64,000 nt of DNA, from contig MU058065.1 in the NCBI GenBank assembly GCA_013265495.1, positions 684,001-748,000 of the forward strand, written 5' to 3'. Source of the stretch: Vicugna vicugna (Eukaryota). Both the position numbers and the translations under genes were made by a program. Shown here piece by piece: positions 1 through 12,400 of the stretch. The notes beneath the pieces were generated by a model. The model was given only the letters and a program-made list of their open reading frames with translations. It was not told where the DNA came from and searched no databases. How positions within the stretch are numbered: position 1 is the first letter of the stretch; every line of letters begins with the position of its first letter.

Positions 1-1059
1 ATTAACTCTCCTTTACTTGTTTTTATGGTGTTAAATTGAAATCAGTCATCACTCTTTCACATATTTCCTAAAATTTTTAGAATAACTCTAGTATTTTTTA
101 TGTTTTTTTTTTCAGCCTTCAAATGGCATGGTTCATGTTCTGGGATATCTTGTGATCATTTTTAAAGTTAGTGACACCAAATTTTGGAAGTAAATAGAAA
201 GTACCATTTGTACAGAATTATATTTGAGATAAAACAAAAAGCATGCACATAGTTTTCAATGCCTGAGGATAGAAGACTATATAGTGTAAATTCTTGTTTA
301 GATATGGACAAACTGCATGCTTCATGCACCACTTTTCATGAGATGCATTAGAGCATCTTACATCAAGTATAAATCTATTTTCAGTGTTGTGCTGGCACTA
401 TAGATTTATGATTAAATTGTAAGATATACACACAGGTCTGGATACTTCCCAAATTTTTGTGTTTTACTCTAGGTATGTAAAGTTACTGTTGGGGATTTTC
501 CCTTGAAAACATTAAACTGATAGGAGGTTTCAGCTCTGTTTCTCCCTCAAAATCTGCCATTTCACTTTAAATACTCAAAGACAGATTACCTCTTTGTAAC
601 TCAGAAGCAGCTTAAAGTCTGGCTCATGTTTTACTGAAATAAACAACATACCAACTTTTATTGTATATTATGAAACTCAGGAATGAATGTTTTTCGCCCT
701 GTAGCATTTCTTTCTCACCCACTCATGTTCTCTTCAACATCCTCCCTCAACTCTCCAAATTGTAGATGGCACCAGATCAATGGAAATACCACTGTTTGTA
801 TAGCAACACTCCCCCAGGCATAATCAGCATTCAGTTACTAATTCACATAAAATAACAGGTCCAGGGAAAAACTGAGACCAGGCTGCCACAAGGCAGTAAT
901 AAAGGCAGAGTCATCCGAGAGTTATGAGAAGGGGCAGAGGGTGTGAAATTGATGGAGAAGAAGCAAAACACACATTGAAATCTGATGGTGACTTTTTTTT
1001 AAAGAACTTATCTACTTTGCTTATGATTCAACAGGCCATGATCGATTTGGCCTCTCCTA

Positions 1060-1370
1060 ACTCTTCGGCTTTGTCTCTGCCTCACTCACGTTGACCTGCT
1101 ATCAGAAGTTTCTCAGAAGTAGCCGAGCTCTCCCTGCATCTGGACCTTTGCATATGCTATTCATCATACATGAACTCTCTCCTCACCACTCTTCACATGA
1201 GGGCTTGTTCCTACCTTCCTAACTTCAGTTTACTTCTTCAAGGCATCACGTCTCACTACCCAATCTAAGGGAGTGCTCACCAATATTATGGCTCACAGTA
1301 CCTTTTCCTTTTCTTTTATAGAACTTACCACATTTTGAGATCATGTTTTAATTTGTTTGTTTATCTTCAG
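1060..1370 (+). mobile_element. Degraded L2 LINE 3' fragment
   Basis: 'ggacctttgcatatgctatt...ctcttcacatg...ccttcctaacttcagtt...ttttatagaacttaccaca' resembles the L2 3' consensus; boundaries approximate. Confidence 0.6.
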
Positions 1371-1693
1371 AGTAAACAAAACCACCAGCATCACTGTATC
1401 TACCACCTATATTTGACTCTACCTTCCATGACCACTTAGCGATATGTTCTATTTGGTTATTGATTGTTTCAATAATTCATAGACAGAAAAGATTTAAAAG
1501 AAAGACATTCACTCACAAGTTTGCCATTCAGCCATAATGAAACATTTTCCAACAAGGTTAAGGAGAAAGAAAGTTAGAGATAATCTCAATGCTATCAGTA
1601 GAAAAATATATAAAACAATTCATGTAAATTGTGTATTCATGTAAAGTACAACAATTGCAATTGGGTATATAATGTGCTATTGCCATATATATC

Positions 1694-2239
1694 TATTACC
1701 CCCTAAAGGGGACAGGTGAAGACCCCAGTTCTTGTCTTACTCGAAGGAGAAGAATTCAAATGGGAGACAGAAGTATTGTGTCACGAAAAATTTTAAAGGC
1801 TTTATTTAGCAAAGGGAAAGTAGACCTCCAAGAATGGGAGGCGGGCTGATGCAAGGGTGGACAGTAGCACCGGCCTTTGTTTGGTCCCCTGTCTGATACC
1901 CTTGTTTGATTGATTGGCTGACCTTTCCCCTGGAGTGCTTAGTTATGCTCATCCCCTTTTGTGCATGTCCTTACCCATGAGGGACACAGAAAAACCCATT
2001 GCAGGGAGGCTAAACTGCAATGCTAATTATATTACAGTGAGCATTGGGTCATGTCCAGTTAGGTCCTTGTCGCTACTGCACAGTTGCAGCTGTCAGGTTC
2101 TAACCAGTTTCTTGCCGGCACTCATTTAGAGGAACTAAAGCCCCTTTATGCTGAAGGCAGGCACACCGCCATCTTCTGGACCACCCTCCTCTCCTCCACC
2201 TTATCTGCCTGGTGCCCCCACTTTTCTAACCACCTAACA
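1694..2239 (-). mobile_element. Solo LTR, probably ERV1 class (~546 bp)
   Basis: GC-richer block bounded by tatta...taaca (minus strand starts TGTTAG); minus-strand AATAAA (tttatt 1801-1806) and CCAAT (gattgg); flanks tatc/tagc fit a 4-bp TSD with one mismatch. Confidence 0.75.
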
Positions 2240-2600
2240 TAGCTATATGAATAATTTTAAAAACAATTCTTGTTTTCTTACATCTTTACTAATACTAAGT
2301 TATTATTTTTAATTTTTGTCCAACTAGTACATCTCAAATGGTATCTAATTTTTTAATTTGTGTTACCTTGATCACTAGTAAAGTTGAGAATCTTGTTATA
2401 AGTCTTGTTCTATGAATTTTTTCCACTTATTTATACATTCTCTTAATTTTATTTATAGGCATCCATTATGTTTTCTGATTATTAATCTTTTAATTAATTT
2501 TACTTAGCAAGCATTTTTCCCTTTCAACATGTATAACTTTCAACTATTTTCACCTGCAAAATGTATTTTCAGTTAGATGCAGAATATATATGATATATGT
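2240..2600 (-). mobile_element. Old L1M ORF2 3' fragment, interrupted by the LTR at 1694-2239
   Basis: 'aaatggtatctaatttttaatttgtgttaccttgatcactagtaaagttgagaatctt' resembles the antisense of the L1 ORF2 C-terminal region. Confidence 0.6.
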
Positions 2601-4935
2601 AATTCTCTTTAATGATAAAAAGAAAGTGAGATCTGATCCAGATCAAGACGTTTATGGACAGGATAAATTGGTCACCCAAGACGCATTGTTCTCTCCCACT
2701 TAGATGACTAATAAATCTTCCCAAGTCTTCGAATACTTCTGGGCCTCAGGGGGACACAGCCCAACTGCTTGTTTCCAGGAGGTTTCCATGAAATGTACCT
2801 TTGCTCTGATGTGGTTTCTTCCTCTCACTTCTGTTCTCTCCATTCATCTCTGTGGAGCTCTGGGCAGAGAAAACACATGCAAAACCTCATTTCTTTATCA
2901 GTTAGATATTAAATATTTGAACCTGTTGTATTTATTCTTGAGTTGTTCATGTGCCACCCATCCTTCAAAGTGCCTTTTGGTAGGGAGGGGAGGCTGTGAT
3001 AATTTCTTGCCACTAGCCACATTCCTCAACTTCCTGTCCCACTGTTTCCAAGTCTAGTGTTTCAGCCTAGCTATGGGAAAGGGGGGATTTGGAACATGAG
3101 AGAATAGAGCCATGACTACAGAGTCAAGAACAAGCAAAGAGGAACAGATAATATATACTCAGGTTTCCACTTGCCAGAAACACATGGACTTTGAGTGAGG
3201 GACAGAGAGAAGAGAGTAAGAAATGCCTATTTTTCTCTTGTATGGAGTTTTTTGAGTTTTTTTTTTTTAATTAAATGAAGCCCATTGTTGTAATTTTCTG
3301 AAGTCTGTGTAGTCTCTCAGTCATGTTCTATCTGCCTTATAATTAGCATCAATTCTTTTCAAATTACAATTGCAGACAGTCTTGATGACACTTATCCTTT
3401 TTATGACCCTACTAGCATTTTAGAGAGTTTAGAAAAGGCTGCAATTGGAGCTGCCATTCACATGTCATCTTGTACCATAAGCAGTCTACATCTCAATGAC
3501 AATTCTCCAGTGCCTGTAGCCTTTAGATATATGACACCCAAGGCAAAAACAAGAAATGAAGTTATGTCTGGGTGATAAAATAGAATTTCTTCCTCTCTTT
3601 TTCTCTCTTTTAAAGGTTCACTAAATAAGGCAGAAGTCGCACCTCTTATGGTAGTGAGATGTTTTAATGAAATTTATATGAATATTAAAATAACAAGACA
3701 TTGAGATTTTGAATTCACTTAGATGTCTCCCTGCCCATCTTCTCTGATGGGCTCCTGTCTTTGCAGTGTACAAGTGCTGATATAGAAAAATTGTAAGACT
3801 GACTGGGGAGTGAAAATCAGCCCGTCAAAAAAGGGCAGCATGAAGTCAGTAGTACAGAAACACAGGGAAGAGGCTGCTCAGCTAGGGCTGCAGTATTTGG
3901 AAATGAGATTCATCAAGCTGCTAGAAGTTAGTCTGCATCTCAGAAGAAGAGCAAGGTTTGGAAACATCTGTTGCAATTAGAGAGAGTAAGAGGATATTCG
4001 AAGACTCTAAGCTTGCCGAGACATTTCGAAGAACATTACTAGTAAACATCCATTGCAGCATTTATTGTGAACAAAAATCACGATAAATAAAATCAGGCAT
4101 TCATTATTTTCCCCCAGTAAAACTGTTCAGCGTTAACATAGATGCTTCCTTTGGAACCTGATTTTACTCTTAGAACATTGTGAATATCTCAAATGATTTT
4201 CTACAACGTGGTATTTTTATGTAGCATTAAATAATGCACAATTTAGTAAAGTGATAAAATTATTATTGAATATTTTACATGTTAGCAATTTCTATTATAA
4301 AAGTGCTTCCCTGAATATGCATATACATATGTATTTTGTATGTGTATCTATGTTTTTATGGGTAAGTATGATGGAGAATTCTGGAATTTTTATCTTGCTT
4401 CATGGCTCCGTTCACTTCATTTCCAAAAATTCATCTTTAGGAACTGCTTTGTATAAGGATACAGGTGAATCTGTATTTGGTTGCTTTTTGAACCTTGTCT
4501 ATAATGACTAAAAGACTAACCTGAATAACTAAAATTCAGGGGTAGACTTAATAAATGGCAGCACATTCACACAGTAAAATACCATGAAAGCATGAAAATG
4601 ATGAAACACATGTATATCCTTGATATAATAAATATAAACCTGATTTCAAAAGAATACGTATAGCTAATGTCTGGAAATAAAATGTTTCTGTGCATACATT
4701 TTAGAGAAATATTTAGAAAGATACAGTGATTATACTTTGATTAAAATATATGTACAAAAAGAGAGAGAGATATACAATAGCATGTTAAGATAAATTATTG
4801 GTAGTTTGTAGGACTAAAGATAATTTTAAAGTTTTGTTTTACTCTGCATTTATCTGAATATCTAATTATTTTCCCCTGTATTTAAGTGTGAGGATATAAA
4901 GGATTAAAAAAAATCACTTAAAAAATATAACTATA

Positions 4936-4963
4936 GTGTGTGTGTGTGTGTGTGTGTGTGTGT
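4936..4963. repeat. (GT)14 microsatellite
   Basis: Perfect dinucleotide run read directly. Confidence 0.97.
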
Positions 4964-4989
4964 ATTTTAATTCTTTAATGTCTGGGAGC

Positions 4990-5720
4990 AAATGTTCTGT
5001 CTCATTATTCTTTTACACAGCTTTTCACACCTTATTTTTTATATAAAATTTATACAATTTTGCGATTTTCTGAAAGTCCCATTGCAATCCCTATTGGAGT
5101 TAAATAAATAGAAAAATCTTCACTTTTCTCACACATGCACATATTCTTCATATAAACCATGTACATTTCTTATTAAATTTATTCCTTTGGCATTTTAACT
5201 TTTTATTTTTCATATTTATTACATATAATTTATATTTTGCGTGTATATATCATATGTGCTTATTTATTTTGAAGTTAATAGTCATAATAACTTCTGTTGT
5301 AACTTCTAACAGTTTTCAAGTTTATTTCCTTCAGTTTCTTTTTAAGAAAAGTTTATCTGAAAAACTGGTAATGTTCGGCTTCTCCTCTACAATAGTTCTT
5401 TGTCCTACTTATTTTTTTTTACCCTCTTACATTGATTCTGACTATAAAACAATGCTAGTTTTGGTGATACAAATCATTTTTTTTCCTGACTTTAATGGAA
5501 ATGTCTATTTTGTTACTTCAAAAATTTTGTCTTAGATTTAGTGGAAGGCATTTAATAGTTAACATGTTCAAGTTCTTTTCTTTGATTCCGATTTATTTTG
5601 TTTATTTGCATTGGATGTTTCCAATAATCTAAACAGAATTTTGAGATGCTAAAATTATGCTTTGGGCATCTGTTGAAATAATTCACTATTTTTTGTGTGC
5701 TGCCTACATACCATGACTGT
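4990..5720 (-). mobile_element. Highly degraded L1M ORF2 fragment
   Basis: T-rich, with motifs such as 'tttcctgactttaatggaaatg' and 'gcatctgttgaaataattc' typical of antisense L1 ORF2. Confidence 0.5.
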
Positions 5721-5915
5721 TTTAAAGCTACATTCATTGCTTATCTCAATTAGCAGTAGGCATTTAATGCTATAGCATAACTTATCTTAAAACCATTTTT
5801 AAAAGTTTCAGCAATTTACTCTTTTTCAGTCAAAAAGTAAAGGGCTACTATGGCTAGAAAATCCGTTCAAGCATGATTTAATTGCACTAGTTGTGTTATT
5901 TCCAACCTAGCTTGT

Positions 5916-6327
5916 TGTATCGATTTATTGGAGCTGCTGTAACAAAGTTCCACAGACAGGCTGACTTAAACAACAGAAATATATTGTCTCACAGTAAATT
6001 TATTGTCTCTTTGGAAGTGGGAAGTCCAAAATCAAGTTGTAGATAGGGCCATCTTCCCTTTGAAGACTCTAGGGAAGGATCCACCTGTAGCCTCTCTCTA
6101 AGCTTTTAGTAGGTAGCTCCTTGTCTTGTATGTAACAGCATCACTTGAATCTTCACATGGTGGTATCCATGGGCAAGTCTGTCCAAATTTCCTCTTTTAG
6201 AAAAAAAGGCCCACCCACAAGACCTCATTTTAACTCAATCACTTCTATAAAACTCTATCTCTCAGTAAAGTCATATTCTGACCTCAAACATATCTTTTTT
6301 TTTAGGAACACAATTCAACCTATGACA
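5916..6327 (-). mobile_element. MLT1 (ERVL-MaLR) solo LTR
   Basis: tgtat...gctgctgtaacaaagttccacagac...ttaaacaacagaaat...acacaattcaacctatgaca matches reverse MLT1A-C type consensus; TG...CA ends. Confidence 0.85.
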
Positions 6328-7989
6328 TTTACTTCGCATTTTAGAAAATACTATTTTTATTACATAAGATGCTACTTTAAACAATATAAACCAGGGATAT
6401 GAGTAATTTTCAATAAACAAGAGATATCTTTGGTTCTGTAAAAATTTTCTGAGGACAGTACCATGAAATTCATCCAGCTTCCTACCCAAACTCTTTGCCA
6501 TATGAAGTACTGTTTTGGGAGGCAGTAATGTTAAATAAGCAGGATTGGATTATGTCTTTTCTGACACTCAACTATTAGTCAATGAAAACTATTTGTAGCC
6601 TGGAACTTCATTATACACTCAAGCTTATCATACTTTGGGCAGTAACTTTATTGTGTATATTAAAAATTACTTTCTCATCTATTTTGGTGTTAACTAGGAT
6701 AGCAGTCCATTTGAAAAGAGGTTTTACGTGGTGCATACATTTTCTAATTGTTTTCCTTGTTAGTTTTGTAGTGAATACAATTCCTGCTTCTAAGCTGGAA
6801 CTGTATTTTACCTGTTATTAACCCATTTCAAGTGAACTGCATTTGGTACGAGTTGTATAAATGTTTGTTGAATGAATACAGAAAAGAAATAAGTAAATTG
6901 ATGGGGTAAATAATAAGCCATGCATCTTATCTATTTTCTTCTTTAATTTATAGAGTTAGCTTTAATTCTAATGCTGAATCTTATTACTAGAATTAAAAAC
7001 TGGTTTGCATTTTTCTTTGAAAACAATTTTATTAATGTAGATATTCAATCATTTATTTATCATTTTGCAATCACTGTGATTAAATATCTCCTTTGTAAAG
7101 GGCAGTAGACTATATTGAGGACAAGGTAGTGAATACAATGAACTAAGTTCCTGGATCATGCAGATGAAGATAGAAGACAAAGATGTTTAAAATCAGTTTT
7201 ATACATATTTTTTGCACTTACCACTTAGCTCTTGAGAAGATAGTCCTTCATATCTTATGGCCTCATATGATATAATACTACGTGTCTTTGACAGAGTTTC
7301 TAAAAGATTTTGTGTATTAGCAGTTTGTAAAACAAATGACAGATAACAGTGTAAGAAATTGCACAAAGGCACCGTTCCAGTCAGCTAACCCTCATGAAGC
7401 ATCAACTCCTGCTCACACGATTTGTGGTTTATTGGCCCCATCCCACTCCCAACAGAGATAATACTATGGTCAGCCAAGTCCAGTGAGAAGGGAGTAAGAA
7501 GCACGAACCTGAAGCTGTTGGTTTGCTCAGGGACTTGATGATTTAATTTACTGTCATGCATCTCAGTTTCAAGGCTCCCACATATGAAATGAAAGTGTAC
7601 TAATGCATCTCTTCAGAACGCTGCAATTATGAGATCACCCAACTCACAAAGATTCAGTCTTCAACACAACCTTAGTTTCTTGGCCAATTTATTCAGTACA
7701 TAATACACATATGAATGCTTTATTTCAGATCTGTTAGTTAGAATAGGATTTGGCCCTTCAGAGTATATAATGAGTTTGCTTCTAACTATAGGGGACTTGG
7801 TCCAACTCTTCTCTTAAAAAAGGCATAAGAGCTTCTCCATCATCTTGGTTATAATTATGTTAATCCCCTCTCCAAAGTAAGTCTTTCTTCCCAATAGCTC
7901 CTCATGAAGACAAGTTATATTTAGGTAATAGTAAGTCATTATATTTGGCCCATTTCCCTTGCCTCTCTCTTCTAATGTGGAACTATTCT

Positions 7990-8130
7990 GGAAAGAGCAT
8001 GAAATCCTTGAGTTTTAAATCCAATCAGGTTCTGCTCCGGCTTTTCATCTGGAAAAGACAGAAATAATTCCCTCCTTCCATGGTTGTTACAGCGATCAAA
8101 TATATGTTCACATCTTAGAGCAGCCACTAT
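7990..8130 (+). mobile_element. MIR fragment
   Basis: 'ttttcatctggaaaagacagaaataattccctccttccatggttgttacagcgatcaaat' resembles the MIR core. Confidence 0.5.
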
Positions 8131-8136
8131 CATTCA

Positions 8137-8285
8137 ACATTTTAGCTAACATTGATTGAGCTTTTACAATACTCCAGACCTTCTTTGAATCACTTTAACA
8201 TATACCATTCTATTCAAATCCTCCAATGACTCCATGAAATAGATACTACTATTATCCTCATTTTCAGATGGAGGAACTTTGGCAT
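8137..8285 (-). mobile_element. MIR fragment
   Basis: 'tagctaacattgattgagcttttac...tactattatcctcattttcagatggaggaact' is the antisense MIR core and tail. Confidence 0.7.
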
Positions 8286-8771
8286 ACAATTATTATGAAA
8301 AGGTTCAGAGTAAGAGCAAAGGCAGTCTGCTACCAGACCAATGGTCTGGGTTATCATTGGCACAGGCAGCAAGGGAAGCAATCAGCTGTCAGGGAAGTTG
8401 AGATCAGTTTAGAGAAGGCAGCAGACCTGAATGGGCAGACACAGTCAAGCACTAAAGGGAAAGGAAGGGGATGTGAAGTGTGACAGCTAAGCTAATACAT
8501 GGAATGAATGCCACTATGTTTGTAATTAGTCCAACCAGATGGGCACACAATTTACCATAAATTGAGGGCTTCATTGTAAGACCAGAATACAGGTGTCAGG
8601 CCAGAGCTGAGGAAACAAGCTAGGGGCAGTCCCAGTTTTGCCAGAAAGAAATAAAGATTGCAAGTCTAATACAAACTGAGCCCAAGGAAACTGAGGAAAG
8701 AACAAAATTTGGGTAGGAAAAGGAATGGGATTTAGCCACTGCTAGAGGGATGCCAAGAACAGATTATGCTA

Positions 8772-8859
8772 GGACCTGGAGGACTGAACCCTTGGACCTG
8801 GAGCACTGAATCCTTGGACCTGGAGCACTGAATCCTTGGACCTGGAGCACTGAATCCTT
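8772..8859. repeat. Minisatellite, 4 x 22 bp (ggacctggagcactgaatcctt)
   Basis: Three identical units preceded by one unit with two substitutions; no spacers. Confidence 0.95.
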
Positions 8860-9060
8860 GCTTTGGCTTAAGCACTCTTCTTCACATGTGATCACATGAT
8901 CACAGAAGCCTCAGCATTTAAGCCACGACTTCCATCCTGCTTAAAAGCTTAGACTCTAGGAGGACATGGTCCAGGTTCAACAGAAGAAAACACAAGACTC
9001 TGGCCTGTAGTTTATAGTCATAATGATTTGTACATGGTGGAGAGCAAACGTCTTCACAAT

Positions 9061-9441
9061 TGCATTAAGATTCCAAGACTGCCATAAAGGGTACACAGAC
9101 TGAGTGGCTTAAACAACAGAAATGTATCTTCTCACAGTCCTGGATGCTGGGAGTCCAGGATCAAGGAGTTAGCAAGACTGATTTCTTCTGAGACCTCTCT
9201 TAGGTTTATCAGTAGCCTCCTTCTCCATGTCTTCATGTGGCCTTCTTTCCATATGTGTCTCCCAATCTCCTCTTCTTATAAAGACACCAGTCACCTTGGG
9301 AGAAAGTCCACTCTAATGACCTCATTATAAGTCAGTTACCTCTTTAAAGGTCCTATCTCCAAATACAGTCACTTTCTGAGGTACTGACGATTAGGACATC
9401 AACATAAAAATTTTAGGGGGACAAAAACACACCCCATAACA
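9061..9441 (-). mobile_element. MLT1 (ERVL-MaLR) solo LTR
   Basis: tgcatta...ctgccataaa...tggcttaaacaacagaaatgtatcttctcacagtcctgga...ccccataaca; TG...CA ends. Confidence 0.88.
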
Positions 9442-12400
9442 ACATGGGATGCAAGTTTGTTGGTGAATGGTTAAGAGAAATCTCTTACACCATTGTTTCA
9501 CAAACCCCTGAGACTCTGAAAGGATTAGGCTGTATAAATAGCATGAATCATGTAATCATATCTTCTATGGATAAGAATTTATAATCCTAAATTATTTAGC
9601 ATCATAACATCTTTCACCAAGATGGTTCCCAGTGCAATTTCAAATATCACTCAGGACAAAGAACAATGTATTTCTGAGATTATTTACTTTAAACAAAACA
9701 TTTTTAGAACTATTGTGGAGCCAGCTTTATAGGATGCAGATAGATATAGCCAGGCATACATGTTTTAGGAAAACTTCAACAGGAGATTTCATTCTCTATC
9801 CTCTCATCCTTACGTACTTCTGTTCTAAGGCCAGGAAAATCAGACAGAAAGGAGAAAAGGCAAAGAAAATTATTGAACATGAAAATGCATTTGTGTTAGT
9901 GGCCCTGAGGGTTTCTTCAGTCTTTCTCATGCATGGGAACATCACTTTGAAGCCTGCTTGTTAAAACTTAACTCTTTTCTGTTAACAAATAAGTAACTTC
10001 TACCTTTCAAAAAAGATTTCCTAAAAAGAGAAAAATGCAAGCTTCAGTGTTTGGGCGAGGGGACAAGACATAAGGTATCTCAAAATAAGTTTTGAAAAAT
10101 TTACCACATTTTGGTTTTCATCAATTCCAAGTATAACTTAACCAGGCATTCTCTTCAGCTTATGTTTAAACCCATGTGTATCTCAATGGAAATCCAATCC
10201 ATGTGTTTCTGATTCATTTACACTTAGCTCATCAAAATATTGTTTTGCAAGAGCTATTTGAAGTCCAAAAAAGCTTTGAAAGCTTTTTTTCTTAGAAACA
10301 GGAAATCGGTTTTTGCCAAGTGTAAACAAACACATTCCCCTACTCCCTGTGCTCATATTTTAATTGGAAATTTAGAAGACAGAAGGTTAGAGAACTCTCT
10401 AAACCTGTCCAAAAACAAATGCATCCTCTATATGGAATGGCACTGAAGTGTGTCCATATTTTCTTCATCTTTATTTTTTAAGTCCCTTTTTTTTTTCTTC
10501 TGGTAAATTTCTCTGTGACTAGTCTACATGTTTAAATGAATATTTTCTATTTTACTTTAATTTTCATTGAATAATGTTTTTCATATCAGTTTTGTGAAAG
10601 AAACAGTTTCTGCTAGGAGAATATTGTGCTTAAGCATTTGCCAGGTAGAGTTTCAAATAAAATGATACCCACTTAGGTTTTTCCCATAAACCTGTGACTC
10701 AGATTGGAAAAATAACTCTGCTTTAGGTGTTTGACTTAGGTAGGTGACCTGATGATGCCACACTTAGTCACATCATTGTTCTTGCTTGGATTCTCTAGTG
10801 ATTCAGTCAAAGCATGGTGAATGTCTCCAAACTATCACAGAGTAAGTCATCAACCTGGTGTGATGGGACCCAAGAAAGTGAACTCAAGCAGAAAGCACCC
10901 AGAACCATCAGCATACTCTAAGAACCCAGAATTGCTCACACGTGACCTGTTATTTCTTGGCATTTAGAAATATCATCTCTCAGCTTCACCAAAAGTAATT
11001 TGGAAAAAGGCCACTATTTGTCCATCTTCATGAAAATTTAAGGTAAGCCTAGAAGTAGATCCATCTGAGAGTACCAGGTACCAGGGACTGATCAAGTTGG
11101 ATGGTGACTTGAATCAGGTGCTGATCAAGTAAGTGAGTCACTGAGAGCCAGAGAAAGTGCACCAGGGGTGAAGTTCAGACTCTGACCCTGAAAAATGTCC
11201 AGAGTCAAAACCAAAGATTGAGGGGAGGGCCTGAATGAATAGAAGCTGAAAGTAAGTAATCATATAAAGCCAGGAGTGGAAAGTGAAAAGGTGGGAAAAA
11301 AGAAAGAGAAAAAAAAGACACTGGAGTGAAGCAACAAGATTCAAGACATTTTCCATGATCAGTCTAGGATGGCAAAAGAGGACCATTCCTTCACTGGTGG
11401 AGGCTATGTGGTGTGTGGATGGGTTACCCTGCTTTAAAATCTGTACAGGTAATCCACGTAGATCAGATGCTTACATTTCCTCTTAAGGAAGCCAAAGACC
11501 ACGTCTCCTACCAGCCTCATAAGCACCTTCGATGCTGGATGTAGTGGGAGGTATGGGGAGGGGAGACTGGTGCTGGAGTATAACTTAACATCCTGGCCAA
11601 GGTTAAAATCAAAACTCAGTAACCAGCTGTTTTGAGGATTCTTTAGAGACTTAAATGGAAACATACTAATGAAATATAAACCCCATACCATGCACAAGAT
11701 CCAAATTCTATATGTCATAACCTGACACCTACAACATTGGACAAAAATTGCTGATAAATTAGGTTGTACCTAATGCTTGCTGAGATTCCTATAAACATAT
11801 ATACTTTAAAAATGATGTCAAATGGTGAATGGTGATAGCATTATTTGTTTTCAGTAAATATAACAATCCAATGAAAGCTGTACTTAATTTTCATTGCCAA
11901 AGTATCTGGAGAAAATAATGGTTTGTGGAATAGTGACACATCAAGAAGGCATGGCCCCATGACTGGGTTCAGGGTGTGCCCAGATTCTCAGACCAAGCCA
12001 GGTCTTTACTAACTCAAGGGGTTGGAAGGACCTTTGATGTCATGAAACTCAATGCTGCTCCGGTGCTTGATTACCCTCTGTATTATCTAGACTTTGCTTC
12101 AACAATTTCACTGGGACTATTAACTACTGATATTTGATATAGTTTCTTCTGACACAGTCCCTCTGAGAAAACCAAACTGTTAAAAAGTTCTTCCTTGCTT
12201 TGACTAAATAATATCTCACTCTGACCACCCTGCATGGATCCTGGGTTTGTCCTTTTTAGGTCTAAACAGAACAAGTCTCCAGAAAGATAACATTTGTTTT
12301 GTTTTGTTTTTCCCCTTTACTTATGTCTAACTTTTCAGATATTCGTAGGTGCCATCACAAGTTTCTTTAATCTGTCCCCAGTTTCTTCACTATTTCCTCA

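Noticed and set aside
758..776. CTCF-like word tagatggcacc
   Set aside because: Lacks the 5' half of the consensus; expected by chance
8772..8859. CRISPR-like array of 22-bp repeats
   Set aside because: Units are contiguous with no spacers, there are no cas genes, and the DNA is mammalian
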